Positions 8,886 through 18,259 of a DNA stretch of 64,000 nt are shown piece by piece. Every line of letters starts with the position of its first letter. The stretch's first letter is position 1. Source of the stretch: Candidatus Heimdallarchaeum aukensis (GTDB lineage Archaea > Asgardarchaeota > Heimdallarchaeia > Heimdallarchaeales > Heimdallarchaeaceae); contig CP084166.1 of NCBI GenBank assembly GCA_021513695.1, positions 224,001 to 288,000 of the forward strand, read 5' to 3'. The notes beneath the pieces were generated by a model that had not been told where the DNA came from, ran no database searches, and saw only the letters and a program-made list of their open reading frames with translations. A program made the translations under genes and the position numbers.

Positions 8886-10922
8886 TTACTCAAAATAAAC
8901 TTCTTTGATCTTTGTATCAATATATTCTTTTATTTCTTCATATTCCAATATATCTTCATGAGGATACTCTAATAGCTTTTTTTCAATCAAGACGGCTATT
9001 TCTTCAGTCTTTTTCTTTAGTGCATACGAAAAACGGTCTACGAATAAAGCAATTGTAAATTCACTTTTTCCTAATAAAAGCATTATATATTCAGAGTGTT
9101 CCAAAATTCTTAGCTCTCCTTTCTTTAGTTTTAGAGTTTTGCTTATATTTTTTATAGCATTAATCATTCCAACAATAAGCAACTCATCAGAATGGAAAAT
9201 ATCTCCATAAGAGTAACTATAGAAAGGAACATTTTCAACAATTAATAAGAAATGAAAAAGATGGAAGTTATTTCTACTGCTTCTAATCTCTGAAGTGAGT
9301 AATCCCTTTGTAGTGTATTGTTTTATTAGATTATCTATTTCTAAAGAAAAATCCATAGAAAAGGGAGTTTGTTCGAATTCTGAGTTTGCTTTTGCCTTCT
9401 TTAGTAGTTGATAGATTTGTCTAATATTCTCTTCTTTATAATTTAAATTATGCTTTTTACATATTATTTCCACTCTTTTTAGCAAATCTTCTGAAAGGTG
9501 AAGTTTGTTTGTATATATGTAAACTGTTGCTAATAGCAACATATAATTTACTAATTGATAAAAGGCATTAAGTTCTTTCAATAGAATAATTATTTCTTGA
9601 GAATATAACTCGATTTCCTCTAATATTTTTTGCTTATTAATTTTATTAGTCTCGATTTTAAACATTACAAGATATAATTCAATCAAGTAAAGAAGAGCAT
9701 TTAATGCTTGGGGAAAAAGGTTCAATTCTCTGGCATAATTTATTCCTTTTAGTAAATAATCTCTGGATGAATAGTAATTCATTTTATAAAATTCAAAAAT
9801 GCCTTTAGTTGTAATATAGGTAGTATAATAAGCGTTAAGTTTAGGCTCATCTAATTTAAATGTCTTTGAATATTTTTCTAAATACAATCCTGCTTTATCA
9901 AAATTGTTAGATATAGCGTATGTCTCTGCTGCTAAAGGATAAATATAATCAAGAGCAATATTGTATTGTTCACTAATTTTAATAGCCTGTTCTAGAAATT
10001 TAAGGGATTCAGGAATGTTATTTAACAGTCTGTAAGCATAGATTATTTCTGCATTTATCATGGCTATATTTCTTAATTCTTTCTTTTTTTCCATAAAAAT
10101 AAGAATGTTAAATAAGTGTTTTAAACCCTCTTTGAAAAATCCTTGTTTGAGCAAAACTACTGCATAATTTGCTTTAGCAACTATTTTTCCTCTTTCAATT
10201 TTTTCAGAACTGAATAATTTAATTGCCTCTGCATAGGCAACCTTACTTTCTATTATTGATCCAGAATAAAGAAGGCAATTTCCTTGCATATTTAGTAAAT
10301 ATGCGTGCAAGTAAACATCTGAAATATCATGTTTTAGGATTTTTTGTAATGCTTTCTCTGAAATGTAAATTCCTTTAATATATTGATGTTTCATGTAGTT
10401 GAACAAGGTTTCTGTATAAAGATACATTATTTCGTAAAATCTACAAAGTTTTTTATCTTTTTCAAATTCACTAACTTGGTCCAATATCTCTAATGCTTTA
10501 TTCAAATATTCTTCTGCTTGCTCAAGTTCGTTTATAACAGAATAGTATTCTACTACATGAAGAAAAAAATCAAAAAGATAGATAATTTGAGTATTGATTT
10601 TACCTTTATCCAGTTTTTCTATTATTTCTTCGATTTTTGGATAATCTCCTTGTATTGCTACAATACGCGAAAAAGAAGCAAAAATTTCAAAAGATTTAAA
10701 CTTCAGATAAAACTCTGATAATTTTTCTCTATCATCATAAATTAATAGAATTTTAGCAATTAAAGCTTGATAATCTGAAGGAACTGAAGAAGATAGAATT
10801 TCATCCCAATACTTTAGGATTGTATTGTAGAAATCAAAATAAGTGTTAAACAACTTTGGATGCATTTTTCCATGTAAGAAATCTTCTTCTAAAAACCTCT
10901 CATATCGCTTTATTTGCATCAT
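8886..10922 (-). CDS. TPR-like helical-repeat protein with C-terminal Roadblock/LC7-like domain (paralog 1)
   Basis: 678 aa. Long helical repeat region rich in Y/L/A/E. C-terminal ~100 aa 'FLLIVENVPFYSYSYGD...LLIVGMINAIKNISKTL...ELRILEHSEYIMLLLGKSEFTIALFVDRF' fits the beta-alpha-beta-beta-alpha pattern of MglB/Roadblock. The Roadblock assignment is inference from pattern, not a search. Confidence 0.55.
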   Translation of the reverse strand: MMQIKRYERFLEEDFLHGKMHPKLFNTYFDFYNTILKYWDEILSSSVPSDYQALIAKILLIYDDREKLSEFYLKFKSFEIFASFSRIVAIQGDYPKIEEIIEKLDKGKINTQIIYLFDFFLHVVEYYSVINELEQAEEYLNKALEILDQVSEFEKDKKLCRFYEIMYLYTETLFNYMKHQYIKGIYISEKALQKILKHDISDVYLHAYLLNMQGNCLLYSGSIIESKVAYAEAIKLFSSEKIERGKIVAKANYAVVLLKQGFFKEGLKHLFNILIFMEKKKELRNIAMINAEIIYAYRLLNNIPESLKFLEQAIKISEQYNIALDYIYPLAAETYAISNNFDKAGLYLEKYSKTFKLDEPKLNAYYTTYITTKGIFEFYKMNYYSSRDYLLKGINYARELNLFPQALNALLYLIELYLVMFKIETNKINKQKILEEIELYSQEIIILLKELNAFYQLVNYMLLLATVYIYTNKLHLSEDLLKRVEIICKKHNLNYKEENIRQIYQLLKKAKANSEFEQTPFSMDFSLEIDNLIKQYTTKGLLTSEIRSSRNNFHLFHFLLIVENVPFYSYSYGDIFHSDELLIVGMINAIKNISKTLKLKKGELRILEHSEYIMLLLGKSEFTIALFVDRFSYALKKKTEEIAVLIEKKLLEYPHEDILEYEEIKEYIDTKIKEVYFE

Positions 10923-11046
10923 TTTATTTCATTATTACTTTATCATAGTATATCTCAAGAGTCGTTAAAAGTTTATCTGATTTTCAAAAATTGATTGATT
11001 CTCGGCGACTCAAAAATAATAAAATAGCTAGAGTTCAAAAGAATAA

Positions 11047-13095
11047 CTACTTTTCAAATATTTCAATTCTTAAATTATCTATTTCTTGTTTTATAGGAGT
11101 TAAAATCTTATTGGTAAAATAGTCAATCTGCAAAACTTCTGTTTGTTGCAATAAACTCTCAATTTTGTTAGCAAATTGAATCAAACGTTCTTTTACAGAA
11201 TAATAGAACTCATCAATGAAGAGAACAACTGAATATTTCTTTCGTTTTTCAATCATTACTATAAAATCAGTAAACTCGATAAGCTTAAAGATTCCATGTT
11301 TTTTTGTCAGAGAGTCACTGAACGATTCAATAGCTTTGAATAATCCAGATAGAAGAAGTTGTTTTTCTTCAATTTTTTCTCCTTTAAATTGATGTGAATA
11401 TAATGGTAAACCGTTAAAGTGAATAATTATTAGATTTATTAGGTGATCTTTGTTATATAAATTGAGGTTTACTTCTATGTTCCTAATTTCTGTAGAAGGT
11501 TTCTGTAATGTTTTTGTTATACTATTCAAACTGAATATTTGAAGAGCTTTATCATCTAACTTTTCAGGATTCTGTTCCATTTTTTTCAGTGTTTGCATTT
11601 CACGTAAAATTTCTTTAAGTTGAGTATTCATATTGTAGTTTTTACATAACTCTACAGTTAAAGAGTAAATATGGTTCGCAAGATCGAATTTCTCCTGAAG
11701 TGCATAAATCCTAGCTAAAAGTAATTGAAAATCTATTTTTAAGTAAATGTTGCTGTGTTTTCGTAATATTAGGGATATCTCTTCGCAAATTTCCTCTAAT
11801 TCACTTATAATTTCTTCAGAATACTGTATTTGTAATTTCTTAATCAAGTAAATTGAATGATATTTCAGTCCAGTTAGATAAAGGGGAAAATTTTTGATAC
11901 TTTTAGCTATTTCTATTCCTTTTTCCAGGAAAATAGATGCATTGTATAAATTTCCTCTTATTAATTCGTAATATCCCTTTAAAGAATAAAATGCACCATT
12001 ATGGAAACTGATGTTTTCTTTATCTTTTAAGATAATATTTTCAAATGTTTTCAAAAGTTTTTCAACAATATCAAATTTTTGAATTTGTATTGCGAACTCG
12101 ATTGATGATATTAATACTTCGTCGTCATAGACTAATCTTGTTTCTAAGAGTTTTATATTTTCTTTAAGATATTCTACTGCTTTTTCTGTTTTACCAATTT
12201 CTATTAGGCATTGCATAATCTCTCTATTTATTAAAGCTACATTTCTCAACTCATTGTTTTCAGAGAAAAATTCTTTGATTTTTATTAACTTAGGTAGAGC
12301 TTCTTTATGTTTTCCGAGTTTGATATCTAAAGAAGCTATATTTCCTTCTGTTACAATTTTTCCTCGATTATTATTCATTTCATTAAACAAATTAAATGAT
12401 TTATAGTAATTTGACTTCGATTGTTTAAGCAACCCTTTAAACATGTAAGCGTTACCTAGAGTGTTGTAAGTAACTGCTAAAAGAAATTCATCTGTTTTTT
12501 CAATATTTTCTAATATTTTTTTGGCTTCACTAAAGTAAAAAATAGCTTTATCTGACTCTCGATATCTAAAAACAGTGAAACCCAGAGTATAGAATAAATT
12601 TGCTTGAAGAAAAAGAAACAATTGACCTTCACTCTTATTTAAGAGAAGTTTGCATTGTGAAATTAGCTGAGAAGCTAATTCATTATTGAAAGTTGTAGCA
12701 AATATTTTTATTTCAGAGTTGTAGAAGTAAAATCTAGGAAAAATTGAAGATTTAGAAATAGATGCTAGATCAGTTTCTGCAATATATGTTTGTGCTTTAA
12801 TTAATCCTCTTTTTAATCGTAATATGTTGAGTAAAGGGCCTAAAGTTTCGATTGAATTATATTTTTTATAAAGAAATTCTAATTTATCATATTCTCCATA
12901 CATATTAAACAAATAACTAATTAAAAATTGAACATCAGGGGGTATGAAAATGTCTCTTATCTTTTTCCAATAATTTTGAACATTTCTGTAAAGATTAAAC
13001 TCTTTCACTTCTGTTATAGTTTTTAACTTTAGATATTTTTTTATCCAATTTTGATCATCAGAGTTTAATAACTGTAAATACCAATCCAAAACCAT
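11047..13095 (-). CDS. TPR-like helical-repeat protein with C-terminal Roadblock/LC7-like domain (paralog 2)
   Basis: 682 aa, same architecture as 8886..10922. C terminus 'INLIIIHFNGLPLYSHQF...LLLSGLFKAIESFSDSL...FKLIEFTDFIVMIEKRKKYSVVLFIDEF...LIQFANKIESLL' aligns position by position with the MglB/Roadblock fold pattern. Confidence 0.55.
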   Translation of the reverse strand: MVLDWYLQLLNSDDQNWIKKYLKLKTITEVKEFNLYRNVQNYWKKIRDIFIPPDVQFLISYLFNMYGEYDKLEFLYKKYNSIETLGPLLNILRLKRGLIKAQTYIAETDLASISKSSIFPRFYFYNSEIKIFATTFNNELASQLISQCKLLLNKSEGQLFLFLQANLFYTLGFTVFRYRESDKAIFYFSEAKKILENIEKTDEFLLAVTYNTLGNAYMFKGLLKQSKSNYYKSFNLFNEMNNNRGKIVTEGNIASLDIKLGKHKEALPKLIKIKEFFSENNELRNVALINREIMQCLIEIGKTEKAVEYLKENIKLLETRLVYDDEVLISSIEFAIQIQKFDIVEKLLKTFENIILKDKENISFHNGAFYSLKGYYELIRGNLYNASIFLEKGIEIAKSIKNFPLYLTGLKYHSIYLIKKLQIQYSEEIISELEEICEEISLILRKHSNIYLKIDFQLLLARIYALQEKFDLANHIYSLTVELCKNYNMNTQLKEILREMQTLKKMEQNPEKLDDKALQIFSLNSITKTLQKPSTEIRNIEVNLNLYNKDHLINLIIIHFNGLPLYSHQFKGEKIEEKQLLLSGLFKAIESFSDSLTKKHGIFKLIEFTDFIVMIEKRKKYSVVLFIDEFYYSVKERLIQFANKIESLLQQTEVLQIDYFTNKILTPIKQEIDNLRIEIFEK

Positions 13096-13104
13096 ATTTT
13101 TCCC

Positions 13105-13800
13105 CTAAGTATATCTATCTTTAGGTCTCCTTTCTGGTATCATTTCAATTTCTTGATTTTTTGTGAAATCATAATCTTTCTTAAAGAATAGAGCACAATA
13201 GCATCTTCCATATTCATTGATATCTTCTTCTGCATAATCACAAGGACAACAAATATCTCTATCAAGCTGAATATTTTCGTTTGTATCTCGACAAGGACAA
13301 TTAAAATAACCTATTCTATTATAATTATCTTTTAGTCCTTGTATTAACATGTCTAAAGTTCCATCGTTATTTGGATGTAACTTCCAATTCTTCTTTTTAG
13401 CTATATTCTGAACATATTTCTTTACTTCTTCAAAAGTTTTTGACTTTTTACTTCTTCCAATACCATGAAAGAGTTTCTCCCATTTCTTTTTGTTAAATCC
13501 CATTTCATATTTTTCTCCGTCAATAACTACGAATGGAAAAGCTATAAACTCCAAATTAAAAGCATGTCTTATTTCTTTTTTGATCTCTTTTTTTTCATTA
13601 TAGTTTATTAGATCTATATCGATAAAATAGTAAGAAATTTTATTATCTTTTAGCCAATTTTTACTTTTTTTACACCATTGACATGTAGAGATAGCAAAGA
13701 GAAAAACTTCAAAATCAGTTGTTGAATCTTCAAATAGCTCTAAATTATAGTTTGGCAAACTCTTAATTTTTTTTGCTATCTTTAAGTTTAGTTTCTCCAT
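13105..13800 (-). CDS. Glutaredoxin/thioredoxin-like domain fused to ferredoxin:thioredoxin-reductase catalytic-subunit-like domain
   Basis: 231 aa. N-terminal 'CQWC' redox CxxC in a Grx-like context. C-terminal 'NCPCRD...ICCPCD...GRCYCALF' resembles the CPC...CPC...CHC Fe-S/disulfide cluster of the FTR catalytic chain. Confidence 0.6.
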   Translation of the reverse strand: MEKLNLKIAKKIKSLPNYNLELFEDSTTDFEVFLFAISTCQWCKKSKNWLKDNKISYYFIDIDLINYNEKKEIKKEIRHAFNLEFIAFPFVVIDGEKYEMGFNKKKWEKLFHGIGRSKKSKTFEEVKKYVQNIAKKKNWKLHPNNDGTLDMLIQGLKDNYNRIGYFNCPCRDTNENIQLDRDICCPCDYAEEDINEYGRCYCALFFKKDYDFTKNQEIEMIPERRPKDRYT

Positions 13801-13875
13801 AGTATCACTTATTCGTCAATATTATACTAACTGTGTTGATTAATAATAAATGTTCTTCTACTATCAATCCAATAA

Positions 13876-14427
13876 TTATAAAGTATTTAAAAAGGCTATT
13901 TCATTGAAATTCTTTCTTGGAGGTCTATTTTTTTCAGAGTTTGCATCCTTTTCTGATAATACTTCAGTATAATTCTCATTATGTCTTCCCACTATAATTA
14001 ATGTAATAATTCTGTATTCTTGGGGAATATTCAATACATTTTTAGCTTCTTCTTCGTTAAACCCAGCTATTGGATGGGCAACAAGTCCCATTTCTGTTAA
14101 ACGTAGGATAATATTTGCTGTTGCCATTCCTGTATCAAAAAGATAGTATTCTCTTCCTTTAACTATACAATCTAAATCTGGTTTAGAGAAAACAGCAATT
14201 ACCATTGAAGCTTTTTTCGCCCAAGCATTTGCTTCAGATAAAGTAGAAAAGATTTTTTCCAGATTTTCTTTCCCGTAAACAAAGACAAATCTCCAAGGTT
14301 GTTTGTTAAAACAAGAAGGAGCTAAACTTGCTAATTCAACCAATTCCTTTATCATTTCTTCTTTTACTTCAAAGGGAAGTAATGATCTGTATGCTCTCCT
14401 TTTATTAACTATTTCATAAAAATTCAT
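13876..14427 (-). CDS. Nitroreductase-family flavoprotein
   Basis: 183 aa. 'KRRAYRSL' (RRSxRxF-type FMN-binding signature) and 'PSCFNKQPWRFVFV', typical of the NfsB/NOX family. Its stop abuts the start of the Bcp gene. Confidence 0.75.
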   Translation of the reverse strand: MNFYEIVNKRRAYRSLLPFEVKEEMIKELVELASLAPSCFNKQPWRFVFVYGKENLEKIFSTLSEANAWAKKASMVIAVFSKPDLDCIVKGREYYLFDTGMATANIILRLTEMGLVAHPIAGFNEEEAKNVLNIPQEYRIITLIIVGRHNENYTEVLSEKDANSEKNRPPRKNFNEIAFLNTL

Positions 14428-14904
14428 TTAATCACCTTTTATATTTAAAATTGTAGACAAAACATCCATAGAATGCTCTTTAACTTTTACTTTTTCCCAT
14501 ATCTTAGCAACTTTTCCTTCAGGAGAAATAAGGAAGGTCTTTCTAGCTGTACCAAAAAACTTCTTCGGTCCCATTTTCTTCTTAACCCAACAACCATAAG
14601 CTTCAATTATTTCATGGTTTTCATCGCTTAGTAAAATTACTTTTAGATCCTTTTTCTCTTCAAATTTCTTAAGTTTACTAATTGGGTCATTACTTATCCC
14701 AAAAATTATGGCATCTCTTTTCTTGAATTCTTCAATTTGTTCAGAGAATGTTTTTGCTTCAATTGTACATCCTGGAGTATTTGCTCTGGGGTAAAAATAA
14801 ACTACAACCCATTTTCCTAAATAGTCTTTTAGACAATGTTCTTTCCCATTTTGGTCCTTTAGACAAAAATCAATGGCTTTATCACCAACTTTTAAATTTG
14901 ACAT
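14428..14904 (-). CDS. bcp: Peroxiredoxin, Bcp-type (AhpC/TSA family thiol peroxidase)
   Basis: 158 aa. 'VVVYFYPRANTPGCTIEAKTF' contains the peroxidatic Cys in the T-P-G-C-T context. Confidence 0.85.
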   Translation of the reverse strand: MSNLKVGDKAIDFCLKDQNGKEHCLKDYLGKWVVVYFYPRANTPGCTIEAKTFSEQIEEFKKRDAIIFGISNDPISKLKKFEEKKDLKVILLSDENHEIIEAYGCWVKKKMGPKKFFGTARKTFLISPEGKVAKIWEKVKVKEHSMDVLSTILNIKGD

Positions 14905-15006
14905 AATATCAAAGACTAGTTGTTTTTCAAATTATTTAAAAATGATGTTCTAACAAAAAAAATTTAGAAAGTTAGTTAAGAGAAAATTGAGAAAATTAAG
15001 AATTTT

Positions 15007-16023
15007 TTATCTGTGATATCCAACACCAATATCTTCTTTTACATCTAGATCAACAAAAATACATTCTTTCTTCTGTGGTACTGGATTAAGAGAATCTGCC
15101 ATCCAAAATTGATAATTTTTGAAGTTTGCAGCAGAAGCAACGTTTCCATCTTTATCCATTACCAAAATAGACAGAGTTCCTACATTAGGTTCCAAATTTT
15201 CAATCATTTTTATGGCATAAACAGCAGCTTCTTCTACATTTTTTCCTTTAGATAATTCATATACAGCTATTCTAGCGAGAGATAATCTGATGGCTATTTC
15301 TCCTACGCCTACACAAGCAGCTGCTCCATATCTGCTATCAGCATAATTCCCAGCACCAATTAAAGGAGAATCACCCGCTCTACCAGGAAACTTGAAAGAT
15401 AAACCACTAGTTGAAACTCCTGAGCAAATATTTCCATTAATATCTCGTGCAATAACATTGACTGTTCCATGTTTCTCTTTGGCATATTTTTCATACCAGG
15501 ACATTAAATCATTATTTTCGACCATTTTCTTGAAAGATTTAAAATATCTCTCTTTAAGTTTCATAGTTTTCTCGTTGTCGTAAGGATAAGTCTCGATCTT
15601 TTTCTTTTTTAAGAAATCATTGTATATAGCTTTGGCATTTTCTGTAAGTAATTCTGATTGAGGGAATCCAATAACATCTGCGAACAAATCAGCAAATTCC
15701 CCAACTAAAAGAACATGTGGGGTTAATTCTAATACTTTTCTTGCAATTGAAATGGGATTTTTGTGTTTTCTAACTCCTGCAACCGCTCCAGCTTTTAAGG
15801 TAGTTCCATCCATTATAGAGGCATCTAGTTCCACTTCACCTAGTAAATTGGCTAATCCTCCAATACCAACTGTCCAGTCATCCAAATTGTCTTCAACAAT
15901 CTTTATTGTCTCTTCTACAGCATCTATTGCCTTATTTCCTTGTAACAAAAGCTCAATCCCTTTAGGTAAACCAACATCAGAACGAATCGTTCCTGCAATA
16001 ACAGCTCTTTCCAATTTAATCAA
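15007..16023 (-). CDS. Ntn-hydrolase, asparaginase_2 family (isoaspartyl peptidase / plant-type L-asparaginase / glycosylasparaginase-like)
   Basis: 338 aa. 'HGTVNVIARD...' places the autocleavage Thr nucleophile after 'KEKHG'. 'GVSTSGLSFKFPGRAGDSPLIGAGNYADSRYGAAACVGVGE' is typical of the family. Confidence 0.8.
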   Translation of the reverse strand: MIKLERAVIAGTIRSDVGLPKGIELLLQGNKAIDAVEETIKIVEDNLDDWTVGIGGLANLLGEVELDASIMDGTTLKAGAVAGVRKHKNPISIARKVLELTPHVLLVGEFADLFADVIGFPQSELLTENAKAIYNDFLKKKKIETYPYDNEKTMKLKERYFKSFKKMVENNDLMSWYEKYAKEKHGTVNVIARDINGNICSGVSTSGLSFKFPGRAGDSPLIGAGNYADSRYGAAACVGVGEIAIRLSLARIAVYELSKGKNVEEAAVYAIKMIENLEPNVGTLSILVMDKDGNVASAANFKNYQFWMADSLNPVPQKKECIFVDLDVKEDIGVGYHR

Positions 16024-16126
16024 TTGAGAGTTCAGCTGGAATTAAAAAGATTTACTATTTGGAATCAGAAGATGAAGTCTTAAGCTATTTAATAGTAGAA
16101 AAACATGTGGATAAAGAAAAGAAAAA

Positions 16127-16990
16127 TTATTTTTTATCTACAAAATTTATGGTTAAGATATTAATTATACCTTTTTCAACTAAATTAGCTAAGATTGCGA
16201 TATATTCACTAAAAGAAAAATTATACTTTAGTTCATTGTATATTAGTAATATGTTGTTTTTATCATTGTTTTTACACTTTTCAATAATAGAAGCTAGATT
16301 TCGACTTTCAACAGTATCAAGGTCATTAAAAATCTCTCCAAATTCAGTGTCTTCTTTTATAGTTTGAGGAATTGAGCAAATACTATTTATTATTAATTCA
16401 AGAGCAAGTTTATCGCTCAAGTTCATCTCGTTCGTTACCTTATCATCTAAAAATTTTAGTACAAGTTCTAAAGCTTTGACATCAATATAGGTTGCTTTAG
16501 AGTAAGCTTCTTCAATTCCAGTTAACCATTTTTTAACTTGTTTTTTCTGAACTTCTTTTTCTGTTAATATTTGAATTTCAAGGAATTGGTCATCAATAAT
16601 TATTTTATCTAAGTCGTTTTTTTTAGTTTGATCAAAAACAAATATCTTATTTCTAATTTTATCGTTTATTTGGAAATAATCAATGTTTCTGATTCTAATA
16701 AGATGATCAGTAATGATTTCAATTTTCGATCTCTCTACTTTTTGAGGAGAAGGAAGAGGAAGTCCAGGAATACTAGATTCATCATTTTCCTTTTTTACTG
16801 GAATCTGTGTCCTTACATTTAAATCAGAATCCACATGAAGTAGAATAGCATTTTCCTTATTACCTTTGCATTTGTGAACATCAATAATATCCATTAAACC
16901 TCTCGTATCTACATTAAAATTTATATTTTCAGGAAGACCCATTATTCTTTGTTTTAAGCAGATGTTACATTGATATTCTATCTTCTTCAT
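16127..16990 (-). CDS. Hypothetical protein with N-terminal Cys/His motif; paralog of 3162..4112
   Basis: 287 aa. The shared N-terminal motifs are listed under 3162..4112. Confidence 0.5.
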   Translation of the reverse strand: MKKIEYQCNICLKQRIMGLPENINFNVDTRGLMDIIDVHKCKGNKENAILLHVDSDLNVRTQIPVKKENDESSIPGLPLPSPQKVERSKIEIITDHLIRIRNIDYFQINDKIRNKIFVFDQTKKNDLDKIIIDDQFLEIQILTEKEVQKKQVKKWLTGIEEAYSKATYIDVKALELVLKFLDDKVTNEMNLSDKLALELIINSICSIPQTIKEDTEFGEIFNDLDTVESRNLASIIEKCKNNDKNNILLIYNELKYNFSFSEYIAILANLVEKGIINILTINFVDKK

Positions 16991-17153
16991 TCAAACTCTA
17001 CCATTAAATTATATATTTATTTTATTCATGAAGGAATTAATTAATATTTTGGTTTTTTCTTTTAAAATTTCTTAGAGATAAAATTATATTTTAAAAAGTA
17101 ATCTTAAATTATGGCTTAAAACCTTTCTAGTTTAAACTTTTTTGTAATTTAAA

Positions 17154-18062
17154 TTAAGTTGGAATTTTATCAATTATTTTTTTCATTGTTTGTGTAAATT
17201 CGTATACACCAGGTTTGATATGAAAGTAATCATATGTTGGAACAGTTAATGTTTTACAGTTTGGAATAATCTCTTCTAATTTCTTTGACTCTTGATAATT
17301 GTGATATTTATCATGTTCTGTTAATATTAAGAAAACAGGGCTTTTAATACCTTTAAAGTCGTTTGTAGCATCCCACTTCCTAACTTGATTACAGTTTTTC
17401 CACTTTTCGATATTGATTTTTTCAACTCTCTGGTAATAAACTTCTTTCTGAAAACCTTCAGACACTTTGTTCCTTAAATACATTCTACCTATTTTTTTGC
17501 CTAACCAATTTACAATATTTTTAGGAAGAATTAGTGCTAATGTGATCAAAAAACCAGGCGCTCTAGGTTTTCTAGCAGGACTTGCAAAAAAGCAACACTT
17601 TGGCTCAATTTTTTCTTGAGTTATACAATGAGCAATGTATGTTGCTCCTACACTCGAACCGAAAAATACTATGTTCTTTTCTTCAATTTGGTAATGTTTA
17701 ATGATCTCTGCTATATCTTTTGCCATTCTCTGAACAGAACATTCTGAATCTTTTTGTAAATTGATAGTGTCTTTATCTCTAGGATCAATAACAAGTAAGT
17801 TGTATACTTCAGCTATAGCATCCCAAAGATCTGTCCATGTTTCTTTTTCAGAACCAAAACCTTGAATAAAGACAAAAGTGGTTCTATTAGTATTCTTATT
17901 TTTATTAGAATAAATGCAATAAATATCTAGGTTGTCAGAAACAGTAACATATTCTTTTTTTGCTTCATTAATGAATTTCCAATCGAACTTGTATTTTGAT
18001 TCAAAGTCGTTTTTAGGCATAAAAATGATTGTGAAAAACTTGTATAAAAAGTAATCCATCAT
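17154..18062 (-). CDS. Alpha/beta-hydrolase-fold protein (putative esterase/lipase)
   Basis: 302 aa. 'IVFFGSSVGATYIA' is a GxSxG nucleophile elbow. Downstream His/Asp candidates are present. Confidence 0.55.
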   Translation of the reverse strand: MMDYFLYKFFTIIFMPKNDFESKYKFDWKFINEAKKEYVTVSDNLDIYCIYSNKNKNTNRTTFVFIQGFGSEKETWTDLWDAIAEVYNLLVIDPRDKDTINLQKDSECSVQRMAKDIAEIIKHYQIEEKNIVFFGSSVGATYIAHCITQEKIEPKCCFFASPARKPRAPGFLITLALILPKNIVNWLGKKIGRMYLRNKVSEGFQKEVYYQRVEKINIEKWKNCNQVRKWDATNDFKGIKSPVFLILTEHDKYHNYQESKKLEEIIPNCKTLTVPTYDYFHIKPGVYEFTQTMKKIIDKIPT

Positions 18063-18120
18063 AAATGGAATTTATAGGCCTTTAAACAAATAAATATACA
18101 AATTCGTGAAAATAAATTTA

Positions 18121-18219
18121 TGTTGTTTCATAGGTTAATTTCAGTTTTATTCATTGTTAATCACATACCCTCGTAACCCACTTTCTATATTTTTGTTACC
18201 TATTTTTCTTGAGTAAACA
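18121..18219. mobile_element. MITE-like / solo-end remnant related to the IS481-like element at 37789..38799, in inverted orientation
   Basis: 18165-18200 'TACCCTCGTAACCCACTTTCTATatttttGTTACC' is the reverse complement of 37808-37840 (GGTAACaaataaATAGAAAGTGGGTTACGAGGGTA) with 2-3 mismatches. The terminal 'GAGTAAACA' at 18211-18219 matches revcomp of the IRL tip 'TGTTTACTC'. 18121 starts 'TGTTGTTTCATAGG', weakly like the other IS end. No transposase ORF lies inside. Confidence 0.45.
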
Positions 18220-18259
18220 AGATAGAACAGAGCCTTAAATGTTAAAAAAAAGAGAAGGC

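Noticed and set aside
16059-16367. 102-aa plus-strand ORF overlapping the start region of 16127..16990
   Set aside because: It overlaps the 3' part of the larger paralogous-family CDS on the other strand and has no motif. It is likely spurious.
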